Below, piece after piece: positions 55,869-64,000 of a stretch of 64,000 bases of DNA. Source of the stretch: Desulfobacterales bacterium (GTDB lineage Bacteria > Desulfobacterota > Desulfobulbia > Desulfobulbales > BM004); contig JAKITW010000003.1 of assembly GCA_021647905.1 (NCBI GenBank), positions 3,503-67,502 on the forward strand, in the 5' to 3' direction. How positions within the stretch are numbered: the first letter of the stretch is position 1; every line of letters begins with the position of its first letter. The position numbers and the translations under genes are program-made. The notes below the pieces were generated by a model. It was not told where the DNA came from. It worked only from the letters and a program-made list of their open reading frames with translations, and did not search any database.

Positions 55869-57122
55869 ATGGATACCTTTGCCCCAGAGCAACGAATCGT
55901 GATCACCGGCATCGGCCTGGCAGCGCCCAATGCCGACAACCTTCCCGAATACCGCGAGAAACTGCTGGCCGGCAAAAGCGAGATCCAGGAGATCGAGCTT
56001 CGCTTCATGGGCCCGGCACCGGCCGGGATCTGTTCCTTTGACGAGACCAGGTACCGCAAGAAAAAGGAAAACAAGCGCGGCACCCGGGCCGGCTGTCTCG
56101 GGGTCTACTGCGCCAACGAGGCCATAAACGACGCAGGGATCGATTTTTCCGAATATGACCGGAGCCGGACCGGGGTCTATATCGGCCTTACCGAACACGG
56201 CACCGTGGAGACGGAAAACGAGATCTATAATATCAGCCAGTTCGACTATAACACCGATTACTGGACCCATCACCATAACCCGCGCACAGTCCTGAACAAC
56301 CCGGCCGGCGAGATCACCATGAACCTGGGGATCACCGGGCCCCATTATTCGGTGGGCGGGGCCTGTGCCGCCGGCAATGCGGCCCTGATCCAGGGGGTGC
56401 AGATGCTCCGCCTGGGCGAGGTGGACATGGCCCTGTCCGGCGGGATCTCCGAATGCACCGGCTCCTTTGGAATCTTTGCCAGCTTCAAGGCCCAGGGCGC
56501 CCTGGCCATGCACCAGGACCCGACCAGGGCCAGCCGGCCCTTTGATCTGCAACGAAACGGGATCGTGGTCTCCGAGGGGGCCTGCGTCTATACCCTGGAA
56601 CGGCTCGACCGGGCCCTGGCCCGGGGCGTTGAGAGAATATACGGTGAGATCGTCGGTTACGGGATGAACTCCGATGCCCGCGACTTTGTCCTGCCCTACG
56701 GGCCGCGCCAGGCCCAGTGCATGGAACTGGCGCTGAAGCGGGCCGGGCTTCGGCCCGGGGAGATCGATATCATCAACACCCATGCCACCGGCACCAAGCA
56801 GGGGGATATTGAGGAGTGCTCGGCAATAAGAACGGTATTCGGCAACAGCGCCAGGACCCATGTAAATAACACCAAAAGCATCATCGGCCATGCCATGGGC
56901 GCGGCCGGGGTTCTCGAACTGGCCGGCAACCTGCCCTCTTTCATTGACAACCAGGTACACCCGACCATCAATGTGGATGAACTCGACCCGGACTGCGACC
57001 TTACCAATCTGGTGATCAACCGGCCCAAAAAACTGGACCGGATCGAGACCATCCTTAACAACTCATTCGGCATGGTGGGGATCAACTCGGTGGTCATCGT
57101 CAGGAAGTACACCCGGGACTGA
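55869..57122 (+). CDS. Beta-ketoacyl-ACP synthase (KAS I/II type)
   Basis: Active-site Cys in VGGACAAGN and the His-His pair in NTHATGT and GHAMGAAG. Confidence 0.8.
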   Translation: MDTFAPEQRIVITGIGLAAPNADNLPEYREKLLAGKSEIQEIELRFMGPAPAGICSFDETRYRKKKENKRGTRAGCLGVYCANEAINDAGIDFSEYDRSRTGVYIGLTEHGTVETENEIYNISQFDYNTDYWTHHHNPRTVLNNPAGEITMNLGITGPHYSVGGACAAGNAALIQGVQMLRLGEVDMALSGGISECTGSFGIFASFKAQGALAMHQDPTRASRPFDLQRNGIVVSEGACVYTLERLDRALARGVERIYGEIVGYGMNSDARDFVLPYGPRQAQCMELALKRAGLRPGEIDIINTHATGTKQGDIEECSAIRTVFGNSARTHVNNTKSIIGHAMGAAGVLELAGNLPSFIDNQVHPTINVDELDPDCDLTNLVINRPKKLDRIETILNNSFGMVGINSVVIVRKYTRD

Positions 57123-57217
57123 CCAGCAGGGCCGGACCATGACCGGCCGGCCATAACAAAATAATCGAAAACGTCACTCCGGCATGGCAAGGACCGCGCC
57201 TGGCGGCGACCTTCACA
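57120..57217 (+). repeat. Intergenic repeat, copy R2 (partner of 6646-6745)
   Basis: Starts at the KAS stop codon. Shares the GGCCGG...CCGGCC hairpin and the cactccggcatggcaaggaccgcgc core with R1. Confidence 0.7.
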
Positions 57218-57270
57218 TAAATCTTGCCTCAAACCGGACCCCTTCCGAATCGAATACCAGGTTGGACAGC

Positions 57271-58389
57271 ATGCGCAACACCCCTCCCCCATCCACCAAG
57301 ACCAGGAAATGGCTCCTCTACGCCATCCTGACCCTGTTCATCGCCATTTTCGCGGCCCGGCTTTTTGAGCGGCCCCGGCACGACATTGATGCGGAACCGC
57401 GGCCAGTGGTGGCCCGGGGCGATCTGGCCGCTGATGAGAGGAACACCATTGACATCTTCAAGTCAGCCTCCCCCTCGGTGGTCTATATCACCACCACCGA
57501 ACTGCGACGCGGCCTTTTCAGTCTGAACGTCTATGAGATTCCCCAGGGCACGGGGTCTGGTTTTGTCTGGGACAAGGAAGGAAGAATCGTCACCAACTTT
57601 CACGTGATCGGCGAGGCCAGCCGGGTGGAGGTGACCCTGGCCGATCAATCCACCTGGGAGGGCAAACTGGTCGGCGCGGCGCCGGACAAGGATATCGCCG
57701 TCCTGCAGATCACAGCGCCGAAAGACAAGCTCCACCCCATTTCCATCGGCGATTCCAGAAATCTGCAGGTCGGCCAGAAGGTCTTTGCCATCGGCAACCC
57801 CTTTGGCCTGGACCACACGATCACCGCGGGAATCGTCAGTGCCCTGGGCCGCGAGATCAAGGCGGTTACCGGCAGAACGATCCAGGATGTGATCCAGACC
57901 GATGCGGCGATCAACCCGGGCAATTCAGGCGGACCGCTGCTTGACAGCGCCGGCCGGTTGATCGGGGTCAATACCGCTATCTTCAGCCCGTCCGGGGCCA
58001 ATTCAGGGATCGGTTTTGCCGTGCCGGTGGAAGGGGTGAACCGGGTGGCAACGGAACTTATCCGCCATGGCCGCCTGATCCGGCCCGGCATGGGGATCCA
58101 GGTAGCCAACCAACGTATCGTCCGCCGGTTGAAAATCAAGGGGGTGCTGATCGTCAGGGTGCAGAAGAACGGCGCCGCGGACCGGGCCGGACTGATCGGC
58201 ACCCGGGAAGTGCGCGGCAATATTGTTCTCGGCGATATCATCCAGTCGATCAACGGTCAGCGGGTGCTTAATTACGACGACCTGCGCAACGAACTGGACC
58301 AATACAAGATCAACGACACGGTCACCGCGGGCATCCTCCGGGGCAGCAAGAGGATGTCCGTGGAGGTTACACTGGAAGCCATCGAATAG
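57271..58389 (+). CDS. HtrA/DegP-family serine protease with one PDZ domain
   Basis: N-terminal TM anchor, catalytic triad contexts TNFHVI, DIAVLQI and GNSGGPL, and a C-terminal PDZ. Start at ATG 57271. Confidence 0.85.
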   Translation: MRNTPPPSTKTRKWLLYAILTLFIAIFAARLFERPRHDIDAEPRPVVARGDLAADERNTIDIFKSASPSVVYITTTELRRGLFSLNVYEIPQGTGSGFVWDKEGRIVTNFHVIGEASRVEVTLADQSTWEGKLVGAAPDKDIAVLQITAPKDKLHPISIGDSRNLQVGQKVFAIGNPFGLDHTITAGIVSALGREIKAVTGRTIQDVIQTDAAINPGNSGGPLLDSAGRLIGVNTAIFSPSGANSGIGFAVPVEGVNRVATELIRHGRLIRPGMGIQVANQRIVRRLKIKGVLIVRVQKNGAADRAGLIGTREVRGNIVLGDIIQSINGQRVLNYDDLRNELDQYKINDTVTAGILRGSKRMSVEVTLEAIE

Positions 58390-58399
58390 AACGCTCTCC

Positions 58400-58898
58400 T
58401 GCCGGTGTTGAGCCGACGGGGCAGGAAACAGCCGGACACCAGTCGCCGGGCTGCTCAACCGCAATATTTTTCAAATCAAATTGAGTAAGAAAATAGGAGG
58501 CATGGGTTGCCAGAACCACCTGCGTTCTTCTGGAGGCCCCCTCTCAAATAGACCTGCCAGAATTGGCAAGGTGCGCGGATGAACTCCCTGATCAGGTTCA
58601 TCAATACAGATCAAGGTCGGAGGAGTCGGCATTACGCATAAGGTCGCCCAGGCAATAAACCGAAGTGTGCCGTCGGATAAATCGGCCAAGCTCAAATCCG
58701 TATCAATATTGTTCTCCCGCCAGAAGGCAATGACTTCACCGGGACCGCAATCAAAAGACTCCTCCTTTCCTTATATCCTGCTTCCTTCCCATGCGGTATT
58801 TGATGTCGTAGTTGACATTAATGTCCAGTTCGCTTTGCCCTCCCTGGACTTCGGCAACAAGGCGCCTGAGTTCTTCACGGATCATGCCGCGATTCCCT
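58400..58898 (-). pseudogene. Frameshifted AAA_21/ABC-type ATPase remnant
   Basis: Three frames carry successive pieces: MIREELRRLVAEV...; then LSLADLSDGTLRFIAWATLCVMPTPPTLICIDEPDQGVHPRTLPILAGLFE; then RRTQVVLATHASYFLTQFDLKNIAV. No Walker A region remains. Confidence 0.6.
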
Positions 58899-59007
58899 CA
58901 TGGTTTGACTCCCCGGCCTGAAGCCGTGTTTGGCCGATTACTGTGTAAGGTTTCCTTGCTTCCCCGGAATCATGCGGTTCCCTATCACGGCTGTTTTCAA
59001 TACTTGA

Positions 59008-59106
59008 TGAACTCGTAACAACCCGAAAGGCTTCAAATGCCACCCAATAAAATCAACAAGTTACAAGACGAATCACGTCCGTCGAGCGGGTTGTTGCGAG
59101 ACCGAC
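59008..59106 (-). mobile_element. 99-bp MITE, copy C
   Basis: Identical to copies B and D. Flanked by the direct repeat aatacttga (58999-59007 and 59107-59115). Confidence 0.85.
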
Positions 59107-59191
59107 AATACTTGAGAAAAGCATAATTTCATGGACGTCCCTCTCGTAACTCTCGTCCCTCTTGTAACTCTCGCGAGCGCCATTGGAGATA

Positions 59192-60337
59192 TCAGTGAGG
59201 CGCTTTGCTGCCGGCGATACCATTAAGCCATTTGGCAAACACAGGATCGACCACCTTCCAGGTTCCGCTCTCTTTCGCCTGTTCAATGAAATCTTCTTTT
59301 TTGAGCCTATCGCGGGCAAATTGCACAGAACTCGTGGGCAGACCGCACTTGCTGATGAATTCACCGGACAGCATTTCCTTGGTCGATGATTGGGCAAGGG
59401 TGCGAAGGACCCGCACTTGCGGAATGGTCAACTGGGATAGGACCGCTTCAAAGGCGTACCGCTCCGCATCGATCACCTGTTCCAGCGCCCGCTTCACATC
59501 TTCTTGTAAGAATTCGTCCTTTTCGAGGTCATAGACTTCTCTGGCCAGTCGTTGTACGTAATAGGGATGCTGCTCAACCTTCAAGGAGATTTCCGCGCAG
59601 AGTTCATCAGGACAGTCTTTTCCCTCCTTAGCGAAAAGCTCGGACAGGAAGGCAACAAGATCCTCGTGGGGAAGAGGAGGGAGTTCCATATTGATTGCTG
59701 ATTGAAAAAAAGGCCTCTTCCGCTCGGAAAACATGGCCCTGAGAATACCCCTCCGGCTGCCGAGAAAAAAGAACGAGGCCTTTAGCCCCTGGATCTTGCC
59801 GCGCATGATCCCCTCGATTTGTGCAGATTCCTTAAGCCTGGTGATTTCCTGAAATTCATCCAGCACAAAGTTTACCCGATAGCCTGACTTCGCGGTAAAC
59901 TCGGCCAGTTCGCCCAGGATACGTTCAAGTAGCTCCATCGGTTTTTCCGTCGAAGCGGGCTCTACGCCGACGGAGACGCCATCTTCCGTAGGTCTGAATA
60001 CCGGGCGGAACGAACTGAAATATTTAAGAAGCCTTTTTCCCTTCGCCAGCAACGACTCCCGGGCATGGATGGCCCCCAGTATGCTTCGGGCCATTCGGGA
60101 GGCGGCATCCAGGACCGAGTCTACACCGAAGAACTGGCAGTAAATAGTCACATACCCTTGTCTTGCGAGCATCGCCTGGATCCGGAGGGCCAGTGACGTT
60201 TTCCCATAGCGGCGGGGAGAAAGAAGCACGATATTCGTGCCGCTTTCAGCACAGGAAAGCAACCGGCGTATTTCCTCCTGCCTGTCGCAAAAGGGGCTGT
60301 CCGGCGGAAGGGTCTCAATGAGAAAAGGATTGGGCAT
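59192..60337 (-). CDS. Arch_ATPase-type (PF01637-like) AAA+ ATPase with a putative C-terminal wHTH
   Basis: FCDRQEEIRRL...IVLLSPRRYGKTSL (Walker A) and FVLDEFQEI (Walker B). Confidence 0.75.
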   Translation of the reverse strand: MPNPFLIETLPPDSPFCDRQEEIRRLLSCAESGTNIVLLSPRRYGKTSLALRIQAMLARQGYVTIYCQFFGVDSVLDAASRMARSILGAIHARESLLAKGKRLLKYFSSFRPVFRPTEDGVSVGVEPASTEKPMELLERILGELAEFTAKSGYRVNFVLDEFQEITRLKESAQIEGIMRGKIQGLKASFFFLGSRRGILRAMFSERKRPFFQSAINMELPPLPHEDLVAFLSELFAKEGKDCPDELCAEISLKVEQHPYYVQRLAREVYDLEKDEFLQEDVKRALEQVIDAERYAFEAVLSQLTIPQVRVLRTLAQSSTKEMLSGEFISKCGLPTSSVQFARDRLKKEDFIEQAKESGTWKVVDPVFAKWLNGIAGSKAPH

Positions 60338-60724
60338 TGCAATCTCCTCGTTACAAGCATCCCGTTACACGATTCTTGTAATGCATTGCCAGGCAGTGGT
60401 CAAGGATAAAAATAGAGAATAGGTGAAGGTTATGCGTGCAACAGGCGTCGCTGAAGGAGCGTCTGCATGTCACGACGTCCATCGGCAATCAGGGGGAGAC
60501 ATAGACGTTGTTCTCTACTACTCTACCCCGTCCCCGCTCTGAGGACATCTGCGGTTATATTGTATATGCTATGCCCCCTGCTGAGAAACAAAACAGTAGA
60601 GTTTGTCATCAGTAGTCAATAGCGTTTTCCCCGAAGCAGGTCAAAAATAAATCCGACCCCTTTTCGTTCCGCTCCAACTCTCTAAACCACGACAATTCAA
60701 CGAATTCAACAACGGACTCCTCAC

Positions 60725-61303
60725 TCACACCGGTTTATACGTTGAGACTTTTTTGCCAAGGGACATAGCTTGCTTCAAGAGTTGGGCCACTTTTCCTCCA
60801 GGGTGTGCGTAAGGGACAAACAGCTCCTCGGCCAATGCGGCAACAAAGGTATTTCGTTCAACTCCCAATGTAAGCGTCGGACGCCGGTGTTTATTTGGAA
60901 AAGGTGAGACCACCAGCAATCTTCCCTCAGCCAATGATTTTCTCCAAACCTTAGGTATGCGCATATGCTCTATGCCACGGGCCGGACAGATTACCAAGGG
61001 CTGTGTGCCTCTTAACAGAAAGTCCAGACACTCCTTTTCCATAGGTGAATGAAAACCGCCGATAACCACTGTCCCATTATCCCGCCACGATCTGGCCAGG
61101 TCGTAAGTTTTCAAGATAATGTCACCCGGGCATCTGGTTGAGCAGAAAAAGCCTAATAACTTATGCTGGAGAATATCAATATTACCGATAGCCCAAATTT
61201 TATGAGGAGGAGGAAGCAGGTTACTGTCCTGCAATTTCGAAGGATATACAGGATTATTGAAAGCTATAGTGTTTACCTGAACCGTCATTGACTCTGTCAC
61301 CAT
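60725..61303 (-). CDS. Short DprA/Smf-like (SLOG/Rossmann) protein
   Basis: KLLGFFCSTRCPGDIILKTYDLARSWRDNGTVVIGGFHSPMEKECLDFLLRGTQPLVICPARGI resembles the DprA core (GxxSGxAxGID replaced by GGFHSPMEKE). It lacks the SAM and DML1 flanking domains. Confidence 0.55.
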   Translation of the reverse strand: MVTESMTVQVNTIAFNNPVYPSKLQDSNLLPPPHKIWAIGNIDILQHKLLGFFCSTRCPGDIILKTYDLARSWRDNGTVVIGGFHSPMEKECLDFLLRGTQPLVICPARGIEHMRIPKVWRKSLAEGRLLVVSPFPNKHRRPTLTLGVERNTFVAALAEELFVPYAHPGGKVAQLLKQAMSLGKKVSTYKPV

Positions 61304-61342
61304 TTTATTCTATCCCAAGGCCTTAAGGATAGATTTCTAATG

Positions 61343-61386
61343 TAGATGCTATATCCAGAATTTATCCAGAAAATTCTTGGTAAATT
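61343..61386. promoter_or_regulatory. Operator-like 13-bp perfect inverted repeat upstream of the DprA-like gene
   Basis: atatccagaattt (61343-61355) / aaattctggatat (61374-61386), 40-80 nt upstream of ATG 61303. Confidence 0.45.
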
Positions 61387-61550
61387 CTGGATATAAAAAT
61401 TGCTCGGGGTAGGTGGGATCTGCGATGTCAATGACTATCACTTGGCTGTTTTATTCTTACTTTGCCAATGAAACTCTTCCAATAACACCGTTTCTGTAAA
61501 TAGAATTCTATTAGCGGACAATTGCTAATAGAATCGCTAATAGATTCCCC

Positions 61551-63343
61551 TTAAGACAAGGCATAACGCGCCCATCGGAGTTTCCCCTCTCGTCTCAGTA
61601 CCCCAGCATGAGTCATTCTTTTCAGCAGATATGAGGCCCTGGTCATATCTACTCCCAGCAACTCTCTGCATTCAGCATTGTTAATGGAACCATGCTCCCG
61701 GACATGGGCAATAATTCTTTCTTCGCCGCTTTGCGGCGGCTGTTGCTCGACCGGTAGTTTATGAGGTACGTTCAGGGTGTAGCTGGTACCCCGACCTACG
61801 CCTTGTTGTTCTACTAAGCCGGCCTGGGCCAGACCCCGCAGTTCCTGGCCGGCAACGATAGTATCGACCCTGTTCAGCCGCCTGTAGTCGCTGTTGGTGA
61901 TTTTCCCGTGATGCCTCAGATAGATGAGGGTGAGGCGTTGCCGGTCGTTCAGAGCATGGTCGGCAAATTGATTAAGCCAGGAAATGGCTTCCGGTGACAT
62001 CAATGTGTGGTTATGAAAAGTTATCCTGAAAGAAGAACGCCAGTCGTCAAAACGGGGAGGTTCCAGATTGGCGGTTCGAAGCGCATGGAGCATGGCCTTG
62101 ATACCGCTGCCGCGATTCTCCACAATATGCATATCTTCCATCATCCGCATAAGCCGGGCATTTCGCGTGGAGTGTTCTTCGTCAATATTGTCGGTCTCGC
62201 AACAACCCGCTCGACGGACGTGATTCGTCTTGTAACTTGTTGATTTTATTGGGTGGCATTTGAAGCCTTTCGGGTTGTTACGAGTTCATCAATATTATCA
62301 ACCGTTACATTTCCAAAAAGACCTCCAGGGCTTGAAACTTCCAGACGGTTTGCGAACATGCGAATCTGGATGTAACTGCCCCGGACATGCGAGCTGTAAT
62401 CACGGTGCGCCACCGCATTGGCAATGGCTTCCCGCAAGGCTTCCTGTGGATACTCCGGGATATCGCGGCGGAACATACCCTCAATAAGAGAGGCCTTACG
62501 CATCGATCCCATCACATAACTTTCAGCAGCGGCAACCATCTCGGGCACAGGGCCTTCAAACGTCCGGTTATCCACGAACCGGGCGCCCTGCGGAGTCCGC
62601 TCGTCATCGGTTGTGCCGTAGTATTGAATAAAGGTAATTGTGAGTTGGGGGAGAAATTCCTGGGGGTATTTTCCGAACATGAGAAGCCCTGCCAATGTTG
62701 GCCGGAATGTCTCCCCATCCCGACCAATTACACGCAGGCGGGCAAGGACTTCTTCTTTCCGCCCTTGTAAGAAGGTGGCTCTTGGCCTGGTACGGCGCAG
62801 ATTATCGAGATATTGATTCAGGAGCGAGTCATCGAGATCTTCGATATGAGCATTTTTGATTATGTCTTCATCGTGGGTCGGCTGTCCCCGACTGCTCATA
62901 TAACCGAAGACTTCGTAGTCGGTCATCCGGCGGTTGGTGTTCCCGACACGGATGTACGAGCCTTTCTGCAAGCCCGCACTTTTATAGAAGCACGGTTTCC
63001 GATCAACGGGAATCTCCTCGATGGTTACCGCCACTATTGTCTGGTCATCAATCTCATCGATTATAAATTCAGGCCGCAATGCCGGCTCCATTTCATGGGC
63101 TGCCAAAAGGGTTAACTCTTCCTGCAACCGATGGGCATCACCCACACCGACTATGGAAAAGTCGCTGGTTTCGTCCAAGCCGAACAGGATCACACCGCCA
63201 CCTGTCCGGTTGGCAAAAGCAGAAAGCGGCTCAAACAATCGCCTGGGCGTCCCGCCCCGAGCCGCCTTGACCTCAAGGTTGTCGAGTTCAGTCTGCTGCC
63301 TCTGCACAGAGGCTATGAGTTGGTGTAATTCTTCCCGTGTCAT
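61551..63343 (-). pseudogene. AlbA_2 (Schlafen-like) plus HATPase_c_4 plus wHTH protein, interrupted by a MITE
   Basis: The N-part (63343..62289) ends ...GNVTVDNID and then reads into the MITE. The C-part resumes EEHSTRNARLMRMMEDMHIVENRGSGI (62189..61551). Removing the 99-bp MITE and one 8-bp TSD copy leaves 1686 nt, a 561-aa intact frame. Confidence 0.85.
62190..62288 (+). mobile_element. 99-bp MITE, copy D (inside the AlbA_2 gene)
   Basis: Its reverse complement is identical to copies B and C. Flanked by the direct repeat tcaatatt (62182-62189 and 62289-62296). Confidence 0.9.
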
Positions 63344-63381
63344 GACTGTAAATAAAAAACCTCGGCCTCCTATAGCAGCCA

Positions 63382-63430
63382 AATCAACAAATCAGCCTCG
63401 GCTTGGGTAAGCATCAAAAAATCCTCATTT
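63382..63430. repeat. 49-bp direct repeat, copy 1
   Basis: aatcaacaaatcagcctcggcttgggtaagcatcaaa...cctcattt parallels 63942-63990. On the minus strand it encodes MLTQAEADLLI followed by an early stop. Confidence 0.75.
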
Positions 63431-63659
63431 AATTAATGCCGATGCGGTATTTGTTGTCGCAGTTGATGATGGGGTTCAGTTCTTCGTCCGTGAAGTTGTC
63501 AAGCCGTGCTTGGATACGGTCGATTCGGTCGATAAATTGTCTACCCGGTTTCACCAGCGCCCCTACCGCTACCGTACTACGATATTTTGTGTTTGGATCA
63601 CCTTTCCAAACCCAAAACGTTCAGAAAATCCCCATAAAATATCTTCTTATTACAATATA

Positions 63660-63974
63660 TTACATGCTTATTATGATCTTTTCGCCCAAATGTTTTGGGG
63701 ATTCGCAGGGCAAAATCCCCAAAACTCCGATATCCTGTCCTATGATTCCCCGCCGTCCGGTCCAGGGAACCACAGCGCCCCCCGTTTTTACTCTGCCATC
63801 CGGATGATGGATTTCTTTGTTATTATGGTCGTACACCAAACGATATTTTGCAGGGTAAAGGGTTAACCGGCCGCTGTCCCGCAACTCACGCAGGATCTGG
63901 CCCGGAAGTTCAACAGGCTCGCCCTTCGGGTCTGTCAGCACAATCAACAAATCAGCCTCGGTTTGGGTAAGCAT
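63660..63974 (-). CDS. Hypothetical protein (about 104 aa), possibly wHTH-like; C-terminus doubtful
   Basis: MLTQTEADLLIVLTDPKGEPVELPGQILRELRDSGRLTLYPAKYRLVY.... The last roughly 25 codons run through a perfect 12-bp hairpin, and a further open fragment (..GRQFIDRIDRIQARLDNFTDEELNPIINCDNKYRIGIN*) lies downstream in another frame. Confidence 0.4.
   Translation of the reverse strand: MLTQTEADLLIVLTDPKGEPVELPGQILRELRDSGRLTLYPAKYRLVYDHNNKEIHHPDGRVKTGGAVVPWTGRRGIIGQDIGVLGILPCESPKHLGEKIIISM
63692..63725. repeat. Perfect 12-bp hairpin
   Basis: gttttggggatt (63692-63703) / aatccccaaaac (63714-63725) with a 10-nt loop. Confidence 0.7.
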
Positions 63975-63990
63975 CAAACAGCCCTCATTT
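63942..63990. repeat. 49-bp direct repeat, copy 2
   Basis: aatcaacaaatcagcctcggtttgggtaagcatcaaa...cctcattt. It contains the start and first 11 codons of the 63660-63974 ORF. Confidence 0.75.
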
Positions 63991-64000
63991 CAGTTTATGC

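Noticed and set aside
60434-60544. 36-codon ORF (MRATGVAEGASACHDVHRQSGGDIDVVLYYSTPSPL) with a good AGGTGA RBS in the gap between the Arch_ATPase and DprA-like genes
   Set aside because: It is too short and compositionally unremarkable, with no supporting conservation available. Noted only as something ribosome profiling or comparative data could revisit.

Overview
High-GC bacterial chromosome segment, probably from an anaerobic Desulfobacterota (sulfate-reducer-like) organism; that lineage guess rests on gene content only. Most of the window is core genome. The dominant feature is a roughly 13 kb minus-strand Wood-Ljungdahl operon (35.9-49.2 kb): folD, cooS, a metF::acsD fusion, acsB, acsC, a 1012-aa hdrA and mvhD. 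The ORF track splits hdrA and mvhD, but each is one gene with an in-frame TGA at a conserved Cys position followed by a hairpin, so I read both as selenoproteins. Other housekeeping genes are parE/parC, thiD, cutA, a U32 peptidase, a rhomboid protease, a histidine kinase, pyrR, purN, a stand-alone IMP-cyclohydrolase half of purH, hslR, tkt, glgB, rlmH, a nfu-like gene, yqgE, a trxB-like gene, a KAS-II-like gene and a degP-like gene. Both window ends are decayed accessory mosaics. At 0-6.2 kb: DUF4338 plus an ISKra4-like transposase, mazEF, a group II intron 3' remnant, an IS21 fragment, two DUF4143 ATPases and a duplicated PHP-gene 3' end. At 58.4-64 kb: ATPase pseudogenes, an Arch_ATPase-type gene, a DprA/SLOG-like gene, and an AlbA_2/HATPase gene split by a MITE. 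The best candidates for undescribed biology are five. (1) A 99-bp MITE family with three identical copies and target-site duplications. (2) A four-gene envelope operon at 22.1-28.6 kb (beta-barrel OMP plus three exported proteins that seem to share one module) with no recognisable function. (3) A divergent SPFH/zinc-ribbon pair next to that operon. (4) The metF::acsD fusion. (5) Several families of short intergenic repeats. I found no rRNA, tRNA or CRISPR array. The many long ORFs antisense to real genes are high-GC artefacts.
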